Assembly: GCA_964016885.1 (NCBI GenBank)
Contig: OZ024740.1
Location: 249,054,001-249,118,000, forward strand
Direction of reading: 5' to 3'
Origin: Eledone cirrhosa
Taxonomy: Eukaryota
DNA length: 64,000 bases
The notes below the pieces were generated by a model. That model was given only the letters and a program-made list of their open reading frames with translations, was not told the origin of the DNA and did no database searches. Shown piece after piece: positions 1 through 10,595 of this stretch; position 1 is the first letter of the stretch, and every line of letters begins with the position of its first letter. A program made the translations under genes and the position numbers.

Positions 1-196
1 GTGAGTTCTTTGGGAAAACTGTGGCATAATTGTCATAACTTTACATCCTCCTTCTTTTTATATAAGAAATCATTAACTATGAGCAGTATGGAATTCAAGT
101 GTTGTAGTTGTATTTGTTTAACTATTTGCTCTCCTTTGCAGTTCATTTGAAAATAAATATATGTTATTGTGTATGTCTTTTGTTATTTTCTTTCAG

Positions 197-289
197 GTTT
201 GGACATAGCATATGTTACCAATGGTTATGTCTACCATACCAAGAATGACCGGACAGAATTTGTTCAGCCTGGTTGTATTCAAAGAGGTG
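197..289 (+). CDS. ERMP1: ERMP1-like M28 metallopeptidase, internal exon (end of catalytic domain)
   Basis: tttcAG acceptor 195-196, GTGAGT donor at 290, phase 1-1. Encodes (G)LDIAYVTNGYVYHTKNDRTEFVQPGCIQRG(G), matching the ERMP1 GIDLAF..NGYIYHT..D segment with the last M28 zinc-ligand His. The window itself starts with a GTGAGT donor at base 1. Confidence 0.93.
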
Positions 290-442
290 GTGAGTATACA
301 TATAAACAAAATTTGGTTAAATTCACATTTTTATCTATTCCTTCTATTTTGTATAATTCTAAGAATTATTCCCTCATGATTCTACTGCCAATCAAACCCC
401 ACCATTAAGTTTTCTCCCCTTTCATAAAAACTTTCTAGTAGA

Positions 443-918
443 ATAACTAACAAATAGTTTTATTGCTTTACCTGGCTGAATACAAGAAATGTAAATCTGA
501 GTTTTTCGAATATTAATAATAATATTTGATTGATTTGCAATTATGCAAACAGCCTCTTAAGTCATGTCAGTAGAATGACTCCATCATTCTTACTCTTATG
601 TTGGCATATAAACAGAACTGCAGACACTAATGTTTCTGGGTTTTTACCCTTCATAAGTATTGTATACTCTTTACCTGCCTACTGTCAGAGCTAGTGAAAA
701 TATATGATATTTTCTGGAATATACAATGGCTGATCGGCCTGATTTGCATATTAACAGACTGCCTGATCAGTCAGATCTGCATATTAGCAGATAGGCCAGT
801 CAGTTTTATGTATACAAGCGATTAATGGCTGGCTTTGCCATAGTCAAGTAACTAACAAATAGTTTTATTGCTCTACATGGTTGAATACAAGAAATGTAAA
901 TCTGAGTTTTTTTAATAA
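443..918. repeat. ~400-bp diverged tandem duplication; the second unit (848-918, continuing 6343-6560) is split by a Helitron
   Basis: taactaacaaatagttttattgc...gtaaatctgagttttt occurs at ~444 and ~849. attatgcaaacagcctcttaag...gagctagtgaaaatatatgatat occurs at ~540-720 and ~6361-6540. Confidence 0.85.
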
Positions 919-1169
919 CTAGACCACCCGTGACTCGTTGGGTCACGTTCGCTTCAAAATATATTTAAAAAATCATGTTCACTTAAAAATAATTTTTAAA
1001 TAATTAAAATATACACAGACATGTATATAATGTGAAATGAAACTGGAAGGCCCATATATATATACGTGTGTGCATGTATATATATAAATGTGTGTGTGTG
1101 TGTGTGTATATATATATGTGGGTGTCTGTGATCTATATACACTGGTCATAGACACACACACACATATAT

Positions 1170-1204
<35 letters not shown>

Positions 1205-2094
1205 CAGGGTGCGGACAATATTTGTTCGCAAGATTGCTGTCTAGGAAAAAATAACACAGTAGTTTTATTTTTTAAGATTTATTTATCAAACTTGGGTCAG
1301 TTTGTCTTCATGTCTTGTTCTTTCGATCTCACTCGATAAACCCGCCATTGGCTTTGATGACGGCCTCAAGGCGGCCTCGGAACCGGCTACAGGCCTTCTT
1401 CACTGTCCCCCGACTTAGGTCCCTAAAGGCACTTGTGATCCTGGCCTTCAGATCATCTTTCGTATTGCAGCTAGATTTGGTGGTGTCTCGTTCCACTGCG
1501 CCCCACACAAAGAAGTCGAGGGGGTTGCAGTCAGGCGAGCTGGGAGGCCAGATGTCAGGTGGAGTGTGGTCGACGAAGTTCTCTGACAGCCAAGCTTGGG
1601 TCTTTCGGCTGGTATGGCAGGGCGCTGAGTCTTGCTGCTATACGTACGGCCTACCTGCAGCTACCTGGTCAATCCAGGGCTTTACTACCTCGTTCAGAAC
1701 GCAGATGTAGCCATCGGTGGTCAGCTTGAGGCCCTCAGGGAAGAAGTGAGGTGGCATGACGTCACCTTGACTGCTGACGACACCTAAGACCAATGTTGTC
1801 GCTGGAAACTGTCTGCATGACTCTAGGCACGTCTTTGGATGAGACGGCGAGCCACCTGTTTTTCTGGGAGTTGATCTTCTGGTCTTATTTGTCCTCCCGG
1901 CGCGGATTCCAAGAAGAACTCCGTGTCTCTTCCACAAATTTGGTGGTTCAAAATTATTCATAATCAATTATTCTGAAAATAAATAATGGAAATATAGTCA
2001 CTGTTTTTATGAAGACAAGAGTGACAATGGAAGTAAAAAAAATTTGCATAAAATTAGCAGTTGAAAATTGCGAACAAATATCGTCTGCACCCTG
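1205..2094 (-). mobile_element. Tc1/mariner DD37D (maT-type) transposon, internally deleted
   Basis: 27-bp TIRs (CAGGGTGCGGACAATATTTGTTCGCAA / TTGCGAACAAATATCGTCTGCACCCTG) with TA on both sides. Transposase remnant ...GRPYV*QQDSAPCHTSRKTQAWLSENFVDHTPPDIWPPSSPDCNPLDFFVWG...GGFIE* has 37 residues between the last two Asp. Confidence 0.92.
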
Positions 2095-2112
2095 TATGTA
2101 TATATATATATA

Positions 2113-5100
2113 GGAATTATGTTAGCTGAAAAATGGGTAGATAAGGTAATTGACGTAAATAGAGTGAATGACAGAATAATTGAATTAAGACTAGTTCTCA
2201 ATAGAACTACTGTGACAATAATATATGCTTATGCACCCCATTCTGGTCTACCTGATGTTATAAAGGACAGGTTCTATGAGATGCTAATCCATAGAAATAA
2301 CCTCCCAAATAACCGACAGTGACTACTTAATTATTGCTGGCGATCTAAACGGTCACATTGGACAACATAGTGATGGCTATGATGGAATCCATGGAGGCTA
2401 TGGGGTTGGAAATAGAAATGAGGAGGGCTTCAGAATCCTGGAATTCTGTGACGCAAATAGCCTAACTATCTGTAATACAAACTTCAAAAAATGTGAAAAC
2501 CACTTGATCACCTATAGATCAGGGGAACACGCCAGCCAGATAGATTATATCCTTACTAGAAGACGGGACAAAATGTCTGTTGTAAACACTAAATCCCTCC
2601 CCCGTGAAGAATGCGCCTCCCAACATAGCCTAGTAGTTAGTGACCGCATAGTCAAGAATAGACGTACTCGACGACAGAGGAGGCCTACCTTGAAGAGAAG
2701 AATATGGAAGTTGAAGGACCTCATAGCCAGTGACAAATTTAAAAGCTTATTACTTGATGCCTTTGACAATAAGGAAGAGCAATTAGAGACGTGCGATATA
2801 GAGGAACAGTGGCAATTCTTGAAAGTGAACTGCTGAAAGCAACAGATGAAATCTGTGGCTGGAGCAGACCTATTAGCAGGAGGAGAGTAACTTGGTGGTG
2901 TAACAGTAAGGTGGAAGAGACAATCAAGGCCAAAAAGCAGGCTTGGAAAGTATGGCAGGATGGGGGAAGTAGAGAGCACTATCAAGTGGCCAGGAGAGAA
3001 GCTAGCTTGCAAAAAGGGTAGCAGAGGATAGAAAGTTCAAGCATGTTCTACAATGTGAGGACCAAAAACGTGAGGTGTTCAGGATTGCTAGACAATGTGT
3101 CAAGGAAAACCATGATATTGTCGGGGGAGAAGTGTGTCCATAATGATAATGGTGTACTTGCGCTCACTGATACTGATAAGAAGATAGCCTGGAAGTGTCA
3201 CTACGAGAGACTATTAAATGAGGAGAATAAATGGGAAAAAGATAGTCTGCTCCAAATCGATCCAATAGAAGGACCAGCGGTGCAAGTTAAAGGTAGTATA
3301 ATAAGTTAGGCAATCAAAGATATGAAGACAAGCAAGGCAGTTGGGCCTTCGGAGATAGTTGCTGAGATGTTGAGGGCATCTGGTATGGTGGGACACACTA
3401 TGGTCACCAGTATAATTAACCAAGTAATACAGAATGGGGTCATACCGAAAGACTGGCGTAGCAGCAGCATCATCATTAACTGCTACAAGGGTAAAGGGGA
3501 TGCTCTAGATAGGGGAAACTATAGAGGCATTAAGTTAGTTGACCAGGTCATGAAGGTCACAAAAAGAGTTATAGCGCAACTAATCAGAGAGCGAATTGAT
3601 CTAGACGAAATGCAGTTTGGGTTTGTGTCAGGTAAAAGTACCACAGACGCTCTTTTCCTTGTACGATAACTACAAGAGAAGTACCTAGCTAAAAGTAAAC
3701 CCCTCTACTTAGCTTTTGTAGACCTGGAGAAAGCTTTTGACAGAGTCCCCCGCTCCATTATCTAGTGGGCTCTTAGAAAACTAGGTGTAGATGAATGGCT
3801 TGTGAGAGCTATACAAGCTATGTATAATGAAACAGTCAGTAAGGTTAGAATTAACAATGAATATTGTGAAGAATTTAGTGTAAAAGTTGGCGTTCATCAA
3901 GGCTCTGTCCTTAGCCCCCTCTTATTTATTATTGCCCTTCAGGCTATAACAGAGGAGTTCAAGACCGGCTGCCCATGGGAACTCCTATACGCAGATGATC
4001 TAACGCTCATAGCTGAATCAATGGTTGAACTAGAGAAGAAATTCGAAACATGGAAGCATGGCCTAGAATCAAAAGGCCTTAAAGTTAACTTGTCTAAGAC
4101 TAAAGTTCTAGTTTGTAGAAAGAGATATGGCCATGCTCAGTGTGTAGGAAAGGAGTGGGCAGAAATTCCATTTTATGTCCCAAATGCAAAGTATGGGTAC
4201 ATAAAAGATGTAGTGGGATCACAGGTAAACTATCTAAGAACGTAGACTTTATATGTGGCCAATGCTCAGGTGCAATAAGTAGCAAGTGTCCACAGGATAC
4301 TAGCTCCTATTGCCCAGATGGTTCTATAGAAATAGTAGACACTTTCCGTTACCTGGGTGACAAAATCAGCAGTGGTGGAGGGTGCTCTGAAAGTACAGTA
4401 GACAGAGTCAGAATGGGATGGAAAAAGTTCAGAGAGCTTATACCGCTGTTGGCCACAAAAGGTTTCTCTAAAAATGAAAGGCAGATTGTATGATACCTGT
4501 ATACGAACATCAATGCTACATGGCAGTGAGACATGGGAATTATGTGCAGAGGATCTACGCAGACTGGAGAGGAACGAAGCATGCATGCTCCTCTGGATGT
4601 GTAATAGTAATATACGTGAATGGCAAAGCATAAATGAACTAAGTGAGAAATTAGGAATAAGAGGGATCAGATGCTGTTTACTTGAGAGAAGACTACGTTG
4701 GTATGGTCACATGATGCGCATGAAAGACGACAGCTGCATAAAAAAGTGCAGGGCGATCAAAATTGATGGTAGTTACGGAGTAGGTAGACCCAGAAAAACC
4801 TGGGATGATCTGATAAATTCCAACCTTACACTCATCTCTCTAAGACAATGTCTCTGGACCGAGATCTTTGGCGCTACGCAGTAATACAGAAGACCCGCCT
4901 TGCCTATGTACAAAGCGAAACCTACAGTCAGTAGGCACCTCTTAACCAAATATACACCCCAATTCACTACCCTTACCCTATTCTCCCACTCCCACCAACA
5001 GCACGAGATAATGAGATCGAAATCGTGTAGGTGTCACGACAAAAAACACACAGTCCACGCTGTAATGTGGCCGTGTAGGTAACACGGTAAAAAGTTCCCA

Positions 5101-5284
5101 GTTCCACGCTGTAAATGTGGTTGGTGTTAGGAAGGGTATCCAGCCGTAGAAAACCTGCCAGATCGTCCTATATGAGCGAGACACGGTCACCCGACCAGCC
5201 TTGCCTCAAGTGGGACAACTCCCGTCTAACCCATGCTAGCGTGGAAAATGGACATTAAACGAAGATGATGATGATGATGATGAT
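2113..5284 (+). mobile_element. RTE-clade LINE, 5'-truncated and decayed, with a PHD finger in the RT
   Basis: APE motifs (YAYAPHSG, IAGDLNGHIG, QIDYIL), RT motifs (VDLEKAFDRVP, GVHQGSVLSPLLF, LLYADD), RRLRWYGH...GRPRKTW, (GAT)n tail. Several stops and frameshifts. Confidence 0.93.
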
Positions 5285-5317
5285 ATATATACATACACAC
5301 ACTCACATATATATATA

Positions 5318-6058
5318 CACTAAGCATATGACTTTTTTACAGCCCCATATGAGCATGCTATTTTCTAATGAGGTTTTTGTCATAAAGAAAGAATTACAGT
5401 AGTTTTTTTGTAAATTTTGAAAAAAATTCTTGCACATTCTAAATTATATTTTTAATTTTTTGGTAATTAACCAGTCCCATAAAATAAATACCTAAAACAA
5501 TAAATTATGACAATAAAAAATTTATTTTAATTTTTAGTTAAGCCAAATTTAATCTCTTTCGTTTTCCTAGATTTCTTTCTCTTCTCAAAATGACAAATAT
5601 TTTGTGCCCAAATCTTTTTACTTTCCTCTTTAGCAACTGGAATTTTATACATCAGAAATTTATAATATTAATATAATATAATTATAAATATTAAAATCTA
5701 TTAATAAATATACCTCGCAAATTTTAATTTATTCTATTTATGAATTTTATGAACAGATTAAACTGACAAATAAGTGATGAACAAGCAATAAAGTTGATCC
5801 ATTAAACAATTTGAAGAAGAATACTATATTTTATAAATTGTTAAATTGCACACTATATTTTTATTACATACACACGTATATTGTATATGCAATTCTATAT
5901 TAGTTAATCAATGTTAAAGAATCTACCTTGTGCAAGAGTTTTTTAAAATTCTAATATTTTTTAACATGCTCACAAGTATTTTCTAGTAAAAGTTCATCTG
6001 AAAATGGCATGCTCATTTATTTTTTTAACAAAAGTGTACTTTAGGAATATGCCTAATA
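5318..6058. mobile_element. AT-rich insertion in the Helitron, possibly a degenerate MITE
   Basis: Absent from the Helitron copies at 53-56 kb. Imperfect terminal inverted repeats (cactaagcatat / atatgcctaata) in a TA context. Confidence 0.4.
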
Positions 6059-6559
6059 TACACACAACAACACCACCAGCTCTATTTCTCATGCAATCTA
6101 CTCTCTCACAACCACTATCTCTTTCTCTCTATCTTTTTCTCTCTGTGTTTATGAAGTTACCTGGAAAATCCCCATATCTCGGGAAGCCGTGCTCCAATTT
6201 ATGTGAAACCTCTTTTATTCAATTTGTATTCCCATTTCAGGGTCAACCTCTTTTCAAAGTATTTTCCCATTATGCGCCCTTTTGGCTGTATTACATTACA
6301 GACAAGCAAGCAAGCAATCATAGAGTTTTAGTAGTATATAGATATTCGATTCATTTTGCAATTATGCAAACAGCCTCTTAAGCCATGTCAGTAGAATGAC
6401 CCCATCAGTCTTGCTATTGTGTTGGCATATAAACAGAACGGCAAACACTAATGTTTCTGGGTTATTATCCTTCATCAGTACTGTATACTGTTTAACTACC
6501 AACTGTCAGAGCTAGTGAAAATATATGATATTTTTTGGAATATACAGTGATTTGCATAT

Positions 6560-7090
6560 TCATCATCATCATCATTGTTTAACGTCTATCTTCCACACTA
6601 GCATGGGTTAGATGGGAATTGTACCCACTTGAAACAAGATTGATTGGGTGACTGTGTCTCGCTCGTACAGGACTGTATCTGGAGGTTTTCTATGGCTGGA
6701 TGCCCTTCCTAACACCAACCACATTTACAGTGTGGACTGGGGGCCTTTTTACCGTGTCTCCTACACGACCACTTTACAGCGTGGACTGGGTGCTTTTTGT
6801 CGTGACACCTACACAACCTCTTTAGTTTGGACAGTGGTACCCACATAACTTTACAGAAAAGTTGGTGAGAGTTTGAAGATGCATCTCAGCAACTATTTCC
6901 GAAGGCCCAGCTGCCTTACCCGTCTTCATATCTTTGATTGCCTTACTTATTATACTACCTTCGACTAACACTGCTGGTCCCTCTATTGGGTCGATGTGGG
7001 GGAGACTGTCTTTCTCCCAATTATTCTCCTCATTTAGTAGCCTTTCGTAGTGACACTTCCAAGCTACCTTCTTATCAGCGTCAGTGATGG
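6560..7090 (-). mobile_element. RTE LINE remnant (3' UTR fused to a mid-ORF piece)
   Basis: (CAT)n tail and 3' UTR like the copy at 2113, joined to the region encoding AWKCHYERLLNEENNWEKDS...IEGPAV. Confidence 0.8.
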
Positions 7091-7689
7091 CAAATGGAAA
7101 CTATATTTATAAAACCATATTTATTTTATTATATATATTTCAAGGGTACCAAAAGACTTTGGTACGCTTTCTTCAGATAAAATACAAAATTTGTTTTATA
7201 AATAGAGACATACCCAGGAAAATCATACCTTATCAGTTGGATATTCTCTGGATAGTGGAAATGTATTATGGATTTTACAAACTTATGGGTGAATATGTAA
7301 ATAATTGAAAAACAACCGTTTATTTAAACGACTATGGAGAGAAAGAAGAGAGAAGAGAAGAAGGACAAAATAGTGAGAGAGAGAGAGAGAAGAAGGAAAA
7401 AACCGAAGATGAATAAAAAAACTCTTATAATGTTAATTTGAGGGAAATATATTCGGACAATTACGTATGTTTATATGTAAATATATATCTTAATATTATG
7501 TGTATTTATATTAATTGTTTAAAATTTGTTTATAATATAATATTTTTCATTCGTTTATAAGTAGATAAATAAATAAATAAATAAATAGATGGGTATATCA
7601 TGTTATAGATATTTGTTCAAATGAGTTATGAGGGATATTGGTTTTGTATTTTATGTAAATAAATATGTATTTAAAATTGAGAATAATTT

Positions 7690-8260
7690 AAAGGAAGCCT
7701 GTGCAGTGCACACTACATGTGAATAGCGATCCAAGTGATGGAAGGCAGGAGGCTGAATTAAGTGTAAAAATTGCAAAAGCTGGTGGAGTAATGCGCCAGC
7801 TTCAGTATTCAGTAATCAAAAGAAAGGAGGTAGATGTAAAAGCTAAACTCGCTGTCTTTAAATCAGTTTTTATGCCAACCCTTACCTATGGTCATGAATG
7901 ACTGAAAGAATACGATCACGATTATAAGTGGCTGAAATGGGGTTCCCCCAAAGGCTCTTTGAAGTAACGTTACTCAATAAAGTGCATAGCTCAGAAATCA
8001 GAGAGTCACTCCAGGTAGAGCCGCTACTCCTCTGAAATGAGAGATCACAGGTCTGATACTATAGATATGTGGTTAGAATGTCTCAGGAAAGAATCGCTGG
8101 ACAGATTTTACTGGTGAAACCAACAGGTAGAAGACCCGGTAGTAGATCCTGAGGAAGATGGTTGGATAACATCCATGAGCTTGGCCGGTCATGCTTAGGG
8201 ATGCATATGGAGACGGTTGCTTCTCACAGAAGCCACTGGAGGGAGTGTTTGAGTGGTTGA
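7690..8260 (+). mobile_element. Rex3/Expander-like RTE LINE, 3' fragment
   Basis: DGRQEAELSVKIAKAGGVMRQL...KAKLAVFKSVFMPTLTYGHE; same family as 27240-28590. Confidence 0.75.
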
Positions 8261-8502
8261 GGCTAGAAATAGTCTATGAAAAAAATAAAGGGTATGAGAA
8301 AATCAAGGGAACTAACTGCTATAGAGTCCATATAGGGTTGAAAAAGAAAAGGTTGAGAAGACATGGATTGTGAGCATGTAATGGGGGAGACAAACTAATA
8401 TGTGTTAGAGAGGAGTGAAGCAGGTGTTGAAGAAAGGCGGTAATGGGTGGAGTGGATGAGAGTATCATGAAAGAGAATCTGTGGAATAGACAGAGTGAGA
8501 GA

Positions 8503-9198
8503 CATCATCATCATCACTGTTTAACATCCGTTTTTCTATGCTAGCATGGGTTAGACAAGTTGTCCTGTTGTGAGCAATGCCGGGTCAGGTGACCCTGTCT
8601 TGCTCATACAGAACTAATTTTGGCTCGGTTTCTACAGCTGTATGCCCTTCGTAATGCCAACCTCATTTACAGTATTGGGTGCTTTTTGTCGTGACACCTA
8701 CATGACCACTTTACAGTTTGGACTGGGTGTTTTTTGTCGTGATATCTACATGACCACTTTACAGTGTGGGCTGGGTCCTTTTTGTCGTGACACCTACATG
8801 ACCACTTTACAGTTTGGACTGGGTCCTTTTTGTCGTGATATCTACATGACCACTTTACGGTGTGGGCTGGGGGAGGGGCTTCTCTGGATGTACATTTCAG
8901 CCTGTCCTCATGGGAGATATATAGGAGGTTGGAGTAAGGTGGGGTGGTGTATAGTGTATATATGCTTCAGCTTTGGCCTGTGCCCATGGGAAGTTAGGTC
9001 TTCTATATCACTGTGTAACACCAGATATTTTGGTCCTGTGTCATCGCCTTTGAGAGGTGCAATTGGGTATGGTCAGCTTTTATCAACTCATTCCAAGTTT
9101 TCCTGTGTTTCCCCACTTCAAGGCTTCCATTGACTTTGAGCGCTCTGCATCTTTTTATGCAGCTGCCATCTTTCATATGCATCACATGTCCATACCAA
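8503..9198 (-). mobile_element. RTE LINE, 3' part (split from 12290-14800 by a Gypsy insertion)
   Basis: (CAT)n tail, 3' UTR and WYGHVMHMKDGSCIKRC...KTW. The frame breaks at ccataccaa (9198) and resumes at ccaatgtaatc (12290). Confidence 0.88.
8675..8866. repeat. 4 x 48-bp minisatellite in the RTE 3' UTR
   Basis: ctgggtnctttttgtcgtga...catgaccactttacagt units start at 8675, 8723, 8771 and 8819, alternating between two variants. Confidence 0.9.
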
Positions 9199-9685
9199 GT
9201 TTGAAATATTTGAATGTAATATTGGTGTTTCTCCAGGTCTTTATTTTACGTCCCGGAAATAGTTTATCAAAAACTGACCTAATTTTTCTGGCAAACATCA
9301 GTTCAGCCGGTGACATGCTTGAAACAGTATGAGGGTTTGGCATTACTCAGTAAACCCCCAGGAATTGTTGTAACAATATCTCCCCCACTTCCTCATTGTT
9401 AGATTTTTTAATGTTTTTTTAATGTCCACAAAGCGTTCAGCTTGTCTGTTCAATCTTGGGTGATACGGAGGAGTAGTGATATGGTCAATTGTGAACATCT
9501 TGGCAAAATTCTTGAATTCACTTGCAGTCAATTGGATACCGTTATCAGAGACTCTGGTGTCAGGGACACCAAACCTTGCAAAAAGTTTGTGTAGAAAATT
9601 CACTGTTACCGGTCTTCTACATTTACACATCTCTGGCCAATTTGTGAAACATATTTATTTAAAAATGATAGTATTTACAGTAACA

Positions 9686-10100
9686 ATAATAATAATAATA
9701 ATTGTTTCTACTTTTTGGCACAAGGCCAGCAATTACCCAGAGCATTACTGGTGCTTTATTTTATCGACCCTGTAAGGATGAAAGGCAAAATTAACCTTGG
9801 CGGGATTTGAACTCAGAATGAAAAGGCCCATAACTCTATGCGTCAAAGCATGGGGTCCGACCCTCTACCAATACTGCCAATCCACCGCCCCTACATAAGG
9901 ATGATAATAATTATTTCTACTTTTGGCACAAGGCCAGCAATTATCCCAGTGCATTACTGGTACTTTATTTCATCGACCTCGTAAGGATGAAAGGCAAAGT
10001 TAACCTCGGCGGGATTTGAACTCAGACCATAAAGGGCTGTAACTCTTTGCTGCAAAGCATGATGTCCGACCCTCTACCGATACTGCCAATCCACCGCCCT
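9686..10100 (-). mobile_element. two tandem tRNA-derived SINEs
   Basis: Each has box A (TGGCAGTAT(C/T)GG), box B (GAGTTCAAATCC), a GCCTTTCATCCTTAC...GTCGAT core and an (ATT)n tail; inserted inside the Gypsy element. Confidence 0.9.
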
Positions 10101-10129
10101 TAGGTAAGGATGATAATAATGACAACTAT

Positions 10130-10595
10130 AATAACGGCAATAGTAAAAAAAAAAAAAGGAAACAAAAGGAAAGAAAGAATAAAGAAATATAGAGAAACAA
10201 GAAAGAGAATGTGAAGGGGAAGGGGGATTGGGATTTGGGCCTAAGGCAAGGCGGCAGAAGCGCTGCGGACAAGACGGCAAAAGCATTCTCGCGGGCGATG
10301 GCCAGTGACACCCGCTGCAACAGCCACCTCAGATGGACCGCCGATGTTCCAATTTTGCGGAGGAGCTCGGCAGTATGGTGTTCAAGTACACCTGAGTGTC
10401 CTGACGGTGACCGGTGTGAAGAGGAAGTGGCCGGACAAACCCCGGTATTTGTTTATTTTACATTCTTCTGTGAGGTGGGCTGTGATGCAGGGGTTTGTGG
10501 CCGAAGTGACTAAGCTGGAGGCAGAGAATGTGTCGCAGCAGGTGGCGTCCCAGATGAGGGATCTACCTCCTTTGAATGGGAGAGGGTTTTTTTTT
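10130..10595 (-). mobile_element. CRE-type non-LTR retrotransposon, 3' end with restriction-like endonuclease
   Basis: PFKGGRSLIWDATCCDTFSASSL...EECKINKYRGL..FLFTPVTVRTL, then LRWLLQRVSLAIARENAFAVL. This is the W-D-A-T-C / E..K..KY / QRISLAI.R.NA pattern of CRE-clade RLE domains. Confidence 0.75.

Larger units (their letters stand above)
919..6342 (-). mobile_element. non-autonomous Helitron, interrupted by nested insertions
   Basis: On the - strand it begins A|TCTATATACTACTAAAACTC (6342) and ends GTGAC-n7-GTCAC hairpin, GGGTGGT, CTAG|T (919). TC start, CTAG end, subterminal hairpin, A^T target and no TSD are the canonical Helitron signature. Internal (CA)/(TA) microsatellite. Confidence 0.85.

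Noticed and set aside
1315-1710. 131-aa + strand ORF
   Set aside because: Antisense shadow of the maT transposase.
8675-8866. Regularly spaced repeats resembling a CRISPR array (also 19951-20370 and 48534-48706)
   Set aside because: These are contiguous tandem units with no unique spacers and no cas genes, in a eukaryotic intron.
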